Under the pieces are notes generated by a model. It had not been told where the DNA came from and made no database searches. It worked only from the letters and a program-made list of their open reading frames with translations. The position numbers and the translations under genes are program-made. From NCBI RefSeq assembly GCF_963510915.1, contig NZ_CAUPHG010000001.1, positions 1-57,575 on the forward strand: a stretch of DNA of 57,575 nt, given 5' to 3'. This stretch comes from an uncultured Anaerococcus sp. (GTDB lineage: Bacteria; Bacillota; Clostridia; Tissierellales; Peptoniphilaceae). Position 1 is the first letter of the stretch, and each line of letters begins with the position of its first letter. Below, piece after piece: positions 47,397-56,860 of this stretch.

Positions 47397-49964
47397 ATGA
47401 AAATGAAAATAAAAGGCTTTAAAAGCCTTATAAAGGCGGTTAGGAATAGGGCACACCTAGTTCCTGTTATGACACTTATAAACGGTAAATTTAAAACTTA
47501 CTATGGTAAAAGATATGTATCGCCAGGCGAAGCTATGGAGACAGCAAAAGAGGATTTTAAAATAAATCCATATCAAGAGGCAATCTTTGAATCAAAAGAT
47601 GGAAAAAAGAAAAATATATCCGAAAAAGAAGTCCTAGAAATGTATGATGCGGCGGGCAAGCCAGGAGTCTTACAAGACTTCATCAAGAAAAACTTTAAAA
47701 GACCTAAAGTTAAAGCTAGCACTAAAGATAATGGGCAGTTGTCGTTTGATAATATGATGCAAGATAGCAAGCCTACAGAAAATGCAAAAATCAAGGATAA
47801 TAAGCAAGAGACGCAAGTTGATGACAAAGAGACTCAAAGAAAAGAAAGAAAACTAAACTTTTACCGCAAAAAGTACAGTAATGGAAGTCTTGAGATTGAT
47901 GTGGAAAATATGGGAAATGTGCTTGATTCCAATGGCGTTCCCGCTGAAAAAGAGTCAGATATAAGGAAAGGTTTAATTTTCCAATTCAACACTGAAATAA
48001 ACTATATGAAAAATAATGCTCCTTTTAGTGATATAAATTCCTTTGATACGATTAAAAAAGACTATGAAAGACATAAGGTGCTAAGAGAAGCGCTTACCTC
48101 AAAAGACAGGATAGGACCTCTTATGTATCGTGGCACGGACAAGATAGATTATTGGCAAAAGGCAGTAGAGGTTGGGGTTTTCAACTTAAACCAATTATAT
48201 GATTTTGACAATGATTATAAAAACGGAAAATATGACAAGTATGATGCAGCTCTTGACTATATACCTAGAATGTTATGCCAACAAGGCGCTAATGTATGGG
48301 GTAGATATGATATGAAGAGACTATACTTTAATGCGGCCGGAGATAGTGTTGCTGATAGAATAGCAAGTGAACAAAATATGGAAAAAGATAGCGAAGATTA
48401 TGATGCCTTGAAATTCTATACTAGCAGTATGTACTTAGACCTTAACAAAGATAAGCTTTATATTGAAAAAGATGGTGCTAATAATAAATACCTAGACGGA
48501 TCAACACGTGAAAAAATATTATCATATGCTAGAGAAAAAATAAATGAATTGGAATCGCAAAAAACAGGTGATGAAAACAAGCCATCTAAAGATTCTATAA
48601 TGACTATAGAGCAAGAAAAAATGTTAATTAGGAGATTAAAAGCACGTAGAATGCAGGATAATCCATTCAAAATAAAGGCAGATGAATGGGAAATGATTAA
48701 ACTAACGGACACAAGAGGTGTTACTATAAATGGAGTTGAAATCAAGGGTAAGCGCGCTTACAACATAGAACGAACACTTCAAAATATTGATTTTGATTTG
48801 AACACTGGCAAGGTATCAAGTTTTGATGGAGCCGATAAAGAAATATTATCCATGGCGCAAGATGCTATTGATAAGGTTGTATCAGATATAAAAGCCGAAA
48901 CACAAGGCAGTGAACCAGACCTTAACGCACTAGCTGAACAAAACCAAGCCCTAGAGGAAAAAAGAGCCAAGCAAAGATTAAGAGAAAATTCAAAAGAATA
49001 TATTGAAGAAAACAGAAAAAGAACCACACTTGACGACTTAAATGCTAGAGATAGATTTGGTACTAAAAAAATAGAGAGCAAAGGTGAATATAAGCAAGTA
49101 TCCAACATTAATGAGTTGATAGATAAAGCAAAGGCGATTAAAGACTACCATGTAGATGTTAAGGGTAGAGCTATTTTAGATATGCTAGGTGTAAATTTAC
49201 CTATGTATTCAAAGAGAAATGGCAAACCATTTTCAGGAAAAAACTTAGGTTACTGTAGGTCAAATATAAATGACGAAACAGGCGAAGTTATTCCATATGA
49301 AATAGGAATAGTTGCAGAAACAGGAAATTCAACAGAAGAGACAGGAGCGATTATTCATGAAGCTATGCACGCAAGGATAAAGGGCATAAGCCAAAATATC
49401 TTAAATAAATGCTTGATAAAAGGCGGATTATTAGAAAAAGAAGTTCAGCATAACGTTGAAGAAAGCTTGGTTGAAATGGCAGGATTTTCTTTAGCGAAAA
49501 CAATTCATGGAAGTGACAATTATAAGGAAATAATGGCCTACCCAGAAGAAATAGCCTTAACCTTGCCTAGAATTTGGGGTGTTGAAGAATTTAAAAATGC
49601 AAGAAAAACAGGTATAAATGGCATAGGAAAAGAAATATACAATCAAATAATGTCAGGCAACAAAGAGTTTATAGACAAAATTGCCAACACCTATGTATCA
49701 GATGAGGCAAAAGACAAAGCAAACAAAAGAACAGCAGCTATTGAAAAAACTATGCTAGATAGAACAGATAAATTAGAAGCAATAACCGGCGGCAACGAAA
49801 AATCGCCAATAGGAAACTTAGTCGAGGAATTAAAACGTGGTACAATTTCACTAGAAGTAGCACTTAACAGTAGTAAATATGGAGCAATAGCCGCAGTACT
49901 GATAACTAAATTCTTAGAAGATGAAGACCTAGACGGCATCGACGCTTTGATTGGATCATTATAG
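47397..49964 (+). CDS. Large putative virion-internal protein with C-terminal zincin metallopeptidase motif
   Basis: Between portal and protease; IIHEAMHA followed by EESLVE. Confidence 0.65.
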   Translation: MKMKIKGFKSLIKAVRNRAHLVPVMTLINGKFKTYYGKRYVSPGEAMETAKEDFKINPYQEAIFESKDGKKKNISEKEVLEMYDAAGKPGVLQDFIKKNFKRPKVKASTKDNGQLSFDNMMQDSKPTENAKIKDNKQETQVDDKETQRKERKLNFYRKKYSNGSLEIDVENMGNVLDSNGVPAEKESDIRKGLIFQFNTEINYMKNNAPFSDINSFDTIKKDYERHKVLREALTSKDRIGPLMYRGTDKIDYWQKAVEVGVFNLNQLYDFDNDYKNGKYDKYDAALDYIPRMLCQQGANVWGRYDMKRLYFNAAGDSVADRIASEQNMEKDSEDYDALKFYTSSMYLDLNKDKLYIEKDGANNKYLDGSTREKILSYAREKINELESQKTGDENKPSKDSIMTIEQEKMLIRRLKARRMQDNPFKIKADEWEMIKLTDTRGVTINGVEIKGKRAYNIERTLQNIDFDLNTGKVSSFDGADKEILSMAQDAIDKVVSDIKAETQGSEPDLNALAEQNQALEEKRAKQRLRENSKEYIEENRKRTTLDDLNARDRFGTKKIESKGEYKQVSNINELIDKAKAIKDYHVDVKGRAILDMLGVNLPMYSKRNGKPFSGKNLGYCRSNINDETGEVIPYEIGIVAETGNSTEETGAIIHEAMHARIKGISQNILNKCLIKGGLLEKEVQHNVEESLVEMAGFSLAKTIHGSDNYKEIMAYPEEIALTLPRIWGVEEFKNARKTGINGIGKEIYNQIMSGNKEFIDKIANTYVSDEAKDKANKRTAAIEKTMLDRTDKLEAITGGNEKSPIGNLVEELKRGTISLEVALNSSKYGAIAAVLITKFLEDEDLDGIDALIGSL

Positions 49965-49974
49965 GAGGATACGA

Positions 49975-50190
49975 ATGGCAAAAGTTATTAATTCTTTAGA
50001 AGAAATGAAAAACGAAATTTTAAAAGAAGTAGATGGACAAGAAAACTTTAGAGAGGTATCAACAGTTTTAAACATTATGTTATCAGATGATATGTTAGAT
50101 GGAGTAAATAAAGCACAAAATTGTTACGACCACCTAGTAGAACTAGGCGAACAAAAACTTGCAGATAAATATATCAAACCCTTAATTTAA
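49975..50190 (+). CDS. Small protein downstream of 855-aa gene
   Basis: RBS AGGAGG; followed by terminator 50221-50252. Confidence 0.65.
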   Translation: MAKVINSLEEMKNEILKEVDGQENFREVSTVLNIMLSDDMLDGVNKAQNCYDHLVELGEQKLADKYIKPLI

Positions 50191-50298
50191 AACAATAAAA
50201 ATCAAATACAAACTTTTAAAAGGCACTTATGAGAAATCATAGGTGCTTTTTTATTGCATATCTTTATATAAAAGGGTGGGAGGTAGGGAGTAAGTACT

Positions 50299-51054
50299 TT
50301 GAGAAAGGAGGATAAGATTGTGAGGGATATGCAGATTTATGTACCTTTAGTAGACCTTATAAAAAGTGAAGAATCAAAAAGCTTTAATTCTAAAAAAGGA
50401 ATCATAGGCAAAATTAAGGGCTTAGCTAGTACACCAGACCTTGACTATCAAGGTGAAAAAGTTGTGCAAAAAGGCCTTGATATTTCATCATTTTTAGAAA
50501 AGGGATTTTTAAACTTGGATCATGACAACTCTAGGATTGTTGGTTATCCAGATAAGAATAATACGAAAATCACAAAAGACGGTCTATACCTAGAAGGGTA
50601 CTTGCTAGACAACGCAGATGGCAGAAGATTTTGGGAAACCGCTATAGCCCTACAGAAGTCCGGGACTTCTAGAAGATTAGGTTTTTCTATTGAAGGACAA
50701 ATTCTCAAAGAAGACGAAAAGGGCCAAATACTTAAGGCAAGAGTAACAAATGTGGCAGTAACAAGCACACCTTGTAATGCTAATGCTACATGGAATGCGG
50801 TAGTCAAATCAATGACGGCTTGCACTACAAGCGATACAGCCCTACTTAAAGAAAGTCTAGAAAATGGAAAAATCTACTATCAAAAAGCCCTAGACGGTGA
50901 CAGGGAAGTATTAGATACACTTAAAACCTTTAAAAACAAGCTTAATAAGAGCGAAAACGAAGACGATATAAAACTATATCTCATGATGTTTAAAGGCATA
51001 TACGGCCCCGAAATGGAAGATAAAGTACACCAAATAATCAACTTTAAGGAGTGA
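50299..51054 (+). CDS. Prohead protease
   Basis: GLASTPDLDYQGE, NLDH, LGFSIEG, NVAVT..P.N. Confidence 0.88.
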   Translation: MRKEDKIVRDMQIYVPLVDLIKSEESKSFNSKKGIIGKIKGLASTPDLDYQGEKVVQKGLDISSFLEKGFLNLDHDNSRIVGYPDKNNTKITKDGLYLEGYLLDNADGRRFWETAIALQKSGTSRRLGFSIEGQILKEDEKGQILKARVTNVAVTSTPCNANATWNAVVKSMTACTTSDTALLKESLENGKIYYQKALDGDREVLDTLKTFKNKLNKSENEDDIKLYLMMFKGIYGPEMEDKVHQIINFKE

Positions 51055-51818
51055 AAATGGACGAAACAAAGAAAATAGGAATTGATGAAAAACTCAATCG
51101 ACTACTTAAAAATGTAACAGACGACTACTTTGCAAAAGATGAAGTAGACGATGATGAAGATTATATCAGCGAAGATGAAGTCGCAGGCACAAATGATGAC
51201 GAAATAACTTATGATTTTTCAACAACCGAACCCGAAGAGGAAGTCGAAGGCGACGAGGAAATCGAAGAAGATAATGAACTAGAAAAGGCAGAAGAAGATG
51301 AAATTGCCGAAGAAGAGGAAGCAGAACCAGAGGCCGAGGAAGAATCAGAAGCCGAAGAAGAACAAGTCGAGGAAGAAGACGAAGATGTAGAGGAAGTCGA
51401 ATATGACGACCTACTAGAAAGAGTCAGAGAGGATTTAGGCCTTGATGAAATCAATGGCAGGCTTGACGACCTAACAGCCAACCTAAGCAAGGTTGTAGAC
51501 TTACTAGAAATCAATGCTGACAATTCAAATGAAGTAGTAGAAAAGAACAAAGAACTTGAAAAGTCAATCAACCTACTAACTAAGAAATTAAAAAAGTCTG
51601 AAAATATCAGAAAGTCAGTACAAAACGCAAAAGTTTTTAATAAATACGAGGAAGAAAAGAAAACCTACAAAGACTTATCAAAGTCACAAAGGGCAGAAAT
51701 CCTAACAAGTGAACTTTTAGCAGGCAATAAATTTGTAACAGCTACTGATGTAAGTAAGGCAGAACAAGGTGCACAACTATCTAATAAGTGCATAGCAATA
51801 ATCGAAAAACATTTATAA
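51051..51818 (+). CDS. Acidic scaffolding protein
   Basis: Glu/Asp-rich coiled coil between protease and capsid. Confidence 0.7.
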   Translation: MKMDETKKIGIDEKLNRLLKNVTDDYFAKDEVDDDEDYISEDEVAGTNDDEITYDFSTTEPEEEVEGDEEIEEDNELEKAEEDEIAEEEEAEPEAEEESEAEEEQVEEEDEDVEEVEYDDLLERVREDLGLDEINGRLDDLTANLSKVVDLLEINADNSNEVVEKNKELEKSINLLTKKLKKSENIRKSVQNAKVFNKYEEEKKTYKDLSKSQRAEILTSELLAGNKFVTATDVSKAEQGAQLSNKCIAIIEKHL

Positions 51819-51845
51819 TTTTAAAATTAGAAAGGAAATAAAAAT

Positions 51846-53219
51846 ATGGCTTTTAGCGCACTAACACAAACACAAATTCAAGACCTTTATAAGGCACTAA
51901 CTACTAATGACTTTGCACAAATTAACCCAGGGGCAGAAGGCGGAGCCGCCATTATTCCTCAATCACTAGAAAATACACTTAAAACACTAACTTATACCGA
52001 ACAACATTTAAAACTATTTAGAGATATTCCAAAATCAAAAGCATTCTCAAACGTTGAAGAATTTAACGTTGTAGACTCTTATGGTGAAGATATACCAGGA
52101 TTCCAACCAGAAGGTATTGCAGGACTTGATACTACATCTAACTACAAAAGACAACTTGCAAAAGTTAAGTGCTTGAATGTAACTAGAGCAGTAACAGACC
52201 TAATGAGACTAGTAAATACTGTATCAGAACCAGAAGCCCTAGAAACTAAAAACGGTATGAAATATATACTAGGTCAAGCAGAAAGCGCACTTTTCTATGG
52301 TGACTCTAGTCTAGCACCAGCAGGTGAAGAAGGTCTACAATGGGACGGTGTATTTAAACAAGCAGCAAAAGAAAATATTGTCGACTTAAGAGGTAAACAC
52401 CTAGAAGATACCCACCTTAATGACGCAGCAACAGCAATTCTAGATAACTATGGAACACCAACCAAAGCTTACCTACCAATGAATGTTGCACAAAAATTCT
52501 CTGAACAATACTATCCAAACCAAAGGGCACTAATGAGTGTTGAAAGCGGAGAAATGGTAGCAGGAACTACTGTAACTAAATTTAATACCCTAGGTGGTAC
52601 AATCGACCTAACACCAGATGTATTCCTAAGAAGAGGCTTGAAGGCGCTTAATACTAACGAGGGAGCATTTGGTCAAGAACCACCAACAGCCCCAACAGTA
52701 ACAGCAGCAGTTGGCGAAGAAGACCCTAAAAACCCAGCTAAATTTGGCAAAGGTGGCACATTTAAGTATGCAGTAGTTGCATATTCACACAAGGGTAAAT
52801 CAGTAGCAGTAGAAGCAGGTACACCAGTTGTTGTAGCTGAAGGTGACGCTAAGAAAGGTGTTAAGCTAACAATCAAAAACTCTGATACACAAATCCATGA
52901 ACCAGAATACTTTGTAATTTATAGAACTGAAGACAATGGATCTCAATTCTATGAAATTGGCAGAGTTGGTGCTAAGTCTAGAGATAAATCAGCAGTAACT
53001 GAATTTATCGATAGAAACGAAACTTTACCAAACACAGGTGAAGCAATTATCGGTCAATTTGATGAATCAGCAATCACCTTTAGACAATTACTACCAGCCT
53101 TTAAACTACCATATGCAATGACAGGTCCAGTAAGAAGATTTGGTATCTTCCTTTACGGTACACCAATCATCTATGCACCAAAGAGATTTGTAACTATTAA
53201 AAATATTAAGATTGACTAG
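51846..53219 (+). CDS. Major capsid protein (SPO1/Twort-like)
   Basis: GAAI..QSLENTLKTLT, E.ALFYGDSSL, GLQWDG, NIVDLRG, YGTPTKAYLP; followed by terminator. Confidence 0.92.
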   Translation: MAFSALTQTQIQDLYKALTTNDFAQINPGAEGGAAIIPQSLENTLKTLTYTEQHLKLFRDIPKSKAFSNVEEFNVVDSYGEDIPGFQPEGIAGLDTTSNYKRQLAKVKCLNVTRAVTDLMRLVNTVSEPEALETKNGMKYILGQAESALFYGDSSLAPAGEEGLQWDGVFKQAAKENIVDLRGKHLEDTHLNDAATAILDNYGTPTKAYLPMNVAQKFSEQYYPNQRALMSVESGEMVAGTTVTKFNTLGGTIDLTPDVFLRRGLKALNTNEGAFGQEPPTAPTVTAAVGEEDPKNPAKFGKGGTFKYAVVAYSHKGKSVAVEAGTPVVVAEGDAKKGVKLTIKNSDTQIHEPEYFVIYRTEDNGSQFYEIGRVGAKSRDKSAVTEFIDRNETLPNTGEAIIGQFDESAITFRQLLPAFKLPYAMTGPVRRFGIFLYGTPIIYAPKRFVTIKNIKID

Positions 53220-53253
53220 GCTTTTAGCCTAGTTTTTCTTTAAGGAGAAAATC

Positions 53254-53703
53254 ATGCTAATTAAAAACTTAAATCTAGCTAATTGTAAAATTGTTATAGG
53301 CGAGTCAGAGCCTATAAAGTTTGATGAAAACGGCAAGGCTGAAATCGCCCCAGAATTAGGTCAAGAGCTTTTAAAACTTAAAGGCTATGAATTAGTCGAG
53401 GAAAAGATAAAAAGCGAAACAGGGGCAGATAATAAAGAAAAAGAGCCAAAAGAAACTACACTAGCAACAGGAACTGTTGAAGTAGAAGAAATGAAAGTAG
53501 GCGAACCTAGAAAAGAATTTAAAGTAGGCGAAGCTACAGAAATTAAAGACGGTGAAGAAGTCTTCCAAGAAGACCTATTACCAAACTATGAATCCTTATC
53601 AAACAAAGAACTAAAAGACCTTATCAATGAAAAAGGAGAAAAAGTACCAAACGGAGCAACCAAGGCAGACCTTATAGAAATCCTAAATAACCTTGAAAAA
53701 TAG
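53254..53703 (+). CDS. Head-associated protein with C-terminal HeH/Rho-N-like motif
   Basis: YESLSNKELK...ATKADLIEIL. Confidence 0.65.
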   Translation: MLIKNLNLANCKIVIGESEPIKFDENGKAEIAPELGQELLKLKGYELVEEKIKSETGADNKEKEPKETTLATGTVEVEEMKVGEPRKEFKVGEATEIKDGEEVFQEDLLPNYESLSNKELKDLINEKGEKVPNGATKADLIEILNNLEK

Positions 53704-53721
53704 CAAAGGAAAGGAGAGGGT

Positions 53722-54576
53722 ATGAGAAAATACTATGACAATATGTATGAAGAAGAGAATCCCTCTTCTAGTGATAAAAATAAAAAAACTGATGAAAAGT
53801 TTGTGCTTCCAGAAGATCCAGAAGCTGAAAAGCGTATCAAAATTAATGGCCTAACCACAGATGACTTAATAGATAATCACTTTCAGGGTATAGACCTTAT
53901 GACTTATGATGGTACACCTTTTTCTAGAACATTTTTAGTATCAAGTCTTAATTCAGCAATAGACAGGGCTGAACAGGTTTTTGATATTTGTATAACACCT
54001 AGAGAAATCAAAGAAGAATTACACGACTTTGAAGGCAACAGCTTGTTTGATTCTTACCAGTACACACCACTTTTCAAAAGGCCAGTAAGGGAAATTGAGT
54101 CTATAACCTACAAGATGGGAAATAGGCAAATTTTACAAGTCCCTAAAGAATGGATTCAGCTTGACAAGAGGGTAGGAGATGTAACAATTTTCCCTATAAC
54201 AGGATCAGTAAATTATATCAACCCAGCCCTAGGAGTTGCAGTCCCTTATTTTATGACAAGGTCCTATATGCCAATGGCGGTATCAGTAAACTATAAGGCA
54301 GGTATGGAAAAAGACGAAATACCTCATAATTTGCTAGATTGGATATTTAAGTATGCAGCTATAACAATCTTTGAGGTATGGGGAGACCAAATCATAGGTG
54401 CAGGTATTGCTTCAGCTTCAGTTTCTCTTGACGGATTAAGCCAGTCCATAGGAACAACCCAGTCAGCTATGTATGGTGGAGCTAGTGCACGTATTCTAGA
54501 ATACAGAAAAGACTTAGAGGAATTAACACCTATTATTAGGAAATATTTTGCTAGGTTTGATTCTGTTGTACTTTAG
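53722..54576 (+). CDS. Head completion/neck protein (Twort-like)
   Basis: WGDQIIGAGIA...DG.SQSIGTTQSAMYGGASARI. Confidence 0.8.
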   Translation: MRKYYDNMYEEENPSSSDKNKKTDEKFVLPEDPEAEKRIKINGLTTDDLIDNHFQGIDLMTYDGTPFSRTFLVSSLNSAIDRAEQVFDICITPREIKEELHDFEGNSLFDSYQYTPLFKRPVREIESITYKMGNRQILQVPKEWIQLDKRVGDVTIFPITGSVNYINPALGVAVPYFMTRSYMPMAVSVNYKAGMEKDEIPHNLLDWIFKYAAITIFEVWGDQIIGAGIASASVSLDGLSQSIGTTQSAMYGGASARILEYRKDLEELTPIIRKYFARFDSVVL

Positions 54577-54585
54577 GAGGCAGTT

Positions 54586-55311
54586 ATGGCAGCAGGGGTA
54601 AGTTTTAATCCTATAAATTTTGATGAATTAATCGAAAGTCACGGCTATAACGTTTCTTGGTATCAATCCATAGTTTGCGAGTGCATGAGCGAAGGCCAGC
54701 CTAGTCCACATTGCCCTTATTGTAAAGGTGAAGGCTATAGGTATATACGAAGAAAAGAAATAAAAGTAGTAGCAACTAGCTTTAATGGTAATCAAGTTTT
54801 TAAGCTTGAAGGTATATCCGAGCCAGGCACAGTTTATGTTACACCAGAAAGAGATGTAATTATGTCTTATCATGACAAGTTAGATTTTTTTGAGATTGAC
54901 TGTAGGTATTCCCAAGTGGTAACAGTCAAAGGAAATAGGACGTCTAGCACTTATAGGCCTATAAAACAAGTGGTTTTTGTCATGGTAGGAAACTATATCT
55001 ATGATGAGAAAGTAGACTTTGTTATAAGCAAAGATAGACACCACTTAGAGTGGATAGACTCAAAGACTAAGCCAGTAGATGGATCAAAGATAAGTATTTT
55101 ATACTTAACTAGTCCAGAATACATGATTAAGGATATGAGCCACGAGCTAAGGTCAGTAAATACCAGAAAGGGACACGTTAGTCCACAAAGTGAAATCATG
55201 CCAAAACAGTATCTAGCAACCAGAGTAAATTTTGCTTATGGAAATACCGTAAACGCAAAAAGAGAGTATGAACCTAGCGTAGAAGAGAAGGGAAGTTTTT
55301 CTTATGACTGA
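54586..55311 (+). CDS. Neck/head-tail protein with Cys cluster
   Basis: W....CEC...GQPSPHCPYCKGEG; synteny. Confidence 0.7.
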   Translation: MAAGVSFNPINFDELIESHGYNVSWYQSIVCECMSEGQPSPHCPYCKGEGYRYIRRKEIKVVATSFNGNQVFKLEGISEPGTVYVTPERDVIMSYHDKLDFFEIDCRYSQVVTVKGNRTSSTYRPIKQVVFVMVGNYIYDEKVDFVISKDRHHLEWIDSKTKPVDGSKISILYLTSPEYMIKDMSHELRSVNTRKGHVSPQSEIMPKQYLATRVNFAYGNTVNAKREYEPSVEEKGSFSYD

Positions 55312-55987
55312 TAAAATAGGAGATGCTATTGATAAAATAGCTAGTGACACAGTAAAAGCGACTTTATCCTATGCTAGAAGCGAGCTTATTTATGAAGCCC
55401 ACACAAAATTACAATCTACAAGTATAGATTATAAGCAAGCTATATCCGGTGTAATTATGGACGGACCACTACAAGGCCACGTCCAACTAGATGGGAAATT
55501 CCCGGCTATGCTAGAAAAGGGATTTGGTCAGTTTAATGAAAAAAGAGGATTTGCCAAGTCACCTAAAAAGAAAAAGATAACTAGACGTATAGACGGAAGA
55601 AATGAGCCGGGATGGTTTTTAACCATACCATTTAGGCACAAAACAAGCGGCAAGGGGTCTTTACCTACCAAAATATTAAAAGCCGCTAAGGGCTTAAATT
55701 ATGGTGAATATCTAAATGAAATTCTAGTAAGGGAATTAGGCTATAGTCCGCAAAGGTCTAAGGCTGGCTACAAATGGAAGAACTCTAAATATGACTACAT
55801 GATTAGGACAGTCAAGACCTATAAGTCAGAAACTAAAAGGGGCCAATACCTAACCTTTAGAAGGGTATCGGATATGTCAGATCCTAAAAGTTGGCAACAC
55901 CCAGGCTTTAAGGGTATTAAGGCTTTTCCAAAGGTAAGCCAAAAGGTCGAAAAATTTGCTTATGATTATTTGGAGGCTAACTTATGA
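55304..55987 (+). CDS. Neck/tail-completion protein
   Basis: GWFLTIPFR, YLTFRRVSD.SDP.SW. Confidence 0.65.
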   Translation: MTDKIGDAIDKIASDTVKATLSYARSELIYEAHTKLQSTSIDYKQAISGVIMDGPLQGHVQLDGKFPAMLEKGFGQFNEKRGFAKSPKKKKITRRIDGRNEPGWFLTIPFRHKTSGKGSLPTKILKAAKGLNYGEYLNEILVRELGYSPQRSKAGYKWKNSKYDYMIRTVKTYKSETKRGQYLTFRRVSDMSDPKSWQHPGFKGIKAFPKVSQKVEKFAYDYLEANL

Positions 55988-56673
55988 TCCAGCTTATAGA
56001 CTTATTTGTAAAAAACAAAATAAACAAGGTTTTAAATTACTTATCTAAAAATGTTGAATTGATAGATAAGTTTTTTTTATATGCAGACGAAGATACAAAC
56101 AGAGATGTAAAAACATTTATAAAAGACTTCAAAATCAATGTAAGGTCAAGCTATCCTAGAGAAGAACTTTATCTACCGTCAATAATAGTCCTAGTCGAAA
56201 ACGAACAGGAAGTAAACTATGGACTAGGAAGCGGCATAGATGAAAACTATGTAGGTTTAGGTGAAAACTACCTAGATTGGCCTAAAGGGAAAAAACACCC
56301 AATACAAGAAAACATACAAATGCACACCAGCATAAGGTGCGAAGTTTGGAGTGATAATGCAGTTATCACTTCTTTTTTGTATGCAATAACCAAATATTGC
56401 TTGTTAGCAACTAGAAAAGAGTTTGAAGAAGAAAACATAATCCTATCTAGTCTAAGCGGTGGAGACCTAGAGCCTATACCAGATTTTATAAACTTTTTTG
56501 TATATCGTAGGGCTTTAAATCTAGAGTGTGAATATACTTCAAGCTATTACAGGCTAGGCGAATATGCAGGCAAGATGGACTCACAATTTAATCTAGGAAC
56601 AAGCCTAGACAAGATTGATATTGAAGCGAAAGGAGTTGTCAATGACAGAAAAGCAAACGGCGACCAAAACTAA
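55984..56673 (+). CDS. Tail terminator/completion protein
   Basis: Position before sheath. Confidence 0.6.
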   Translation: MIQLIDLFVKNKINKVLNYLSKNVELIDKFFLYADEDTNRDVKTFIKDFKINVRSSYPREELYLPSIIVLVENEQEVNYGLGSGIDENYVGLGENYLDWPKGKKHPIQENIQMHTSIRCEVWSDNAVITSFLYAITKYCLLATRKEFEEENIILSSLSGGDLEPIPDFINFFVYRRALNLECEYTSSYYRLGEYAGKMDSQFNLGTSLDKIDIEAKGVVNDRKANGDQN

Positions 56674-56848
56674 GAAAGACACAGCAAAAGAGCCAGAAAA
56701 AAGTGGAAGATTAGTATCTTTTACAGAATATTTTCTAGGCAAGAATGTAAGAAGCGAAACAAAGGCAGCCATTAAAATTAGAATCGGAAACGACTTGTAT
56801 AAGAGCAAGGAAGAATGGGATTTGATTTTAAAGGAAGCTACAGAGTAG
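56642..56848 (+). CDS. Small virion-module protein
   Basis: RBS AAGGAG; precedes sheath. Confidence 0.55.
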   Translation: MTEKQTATKTKKDTAKEPEKSGRLVSFTEYFLGKNVRSETKAAIKIRIGNDLYKSKEEWDLILKEATE

Positions 56849-56860
56849 AAAGGGGTAAAA

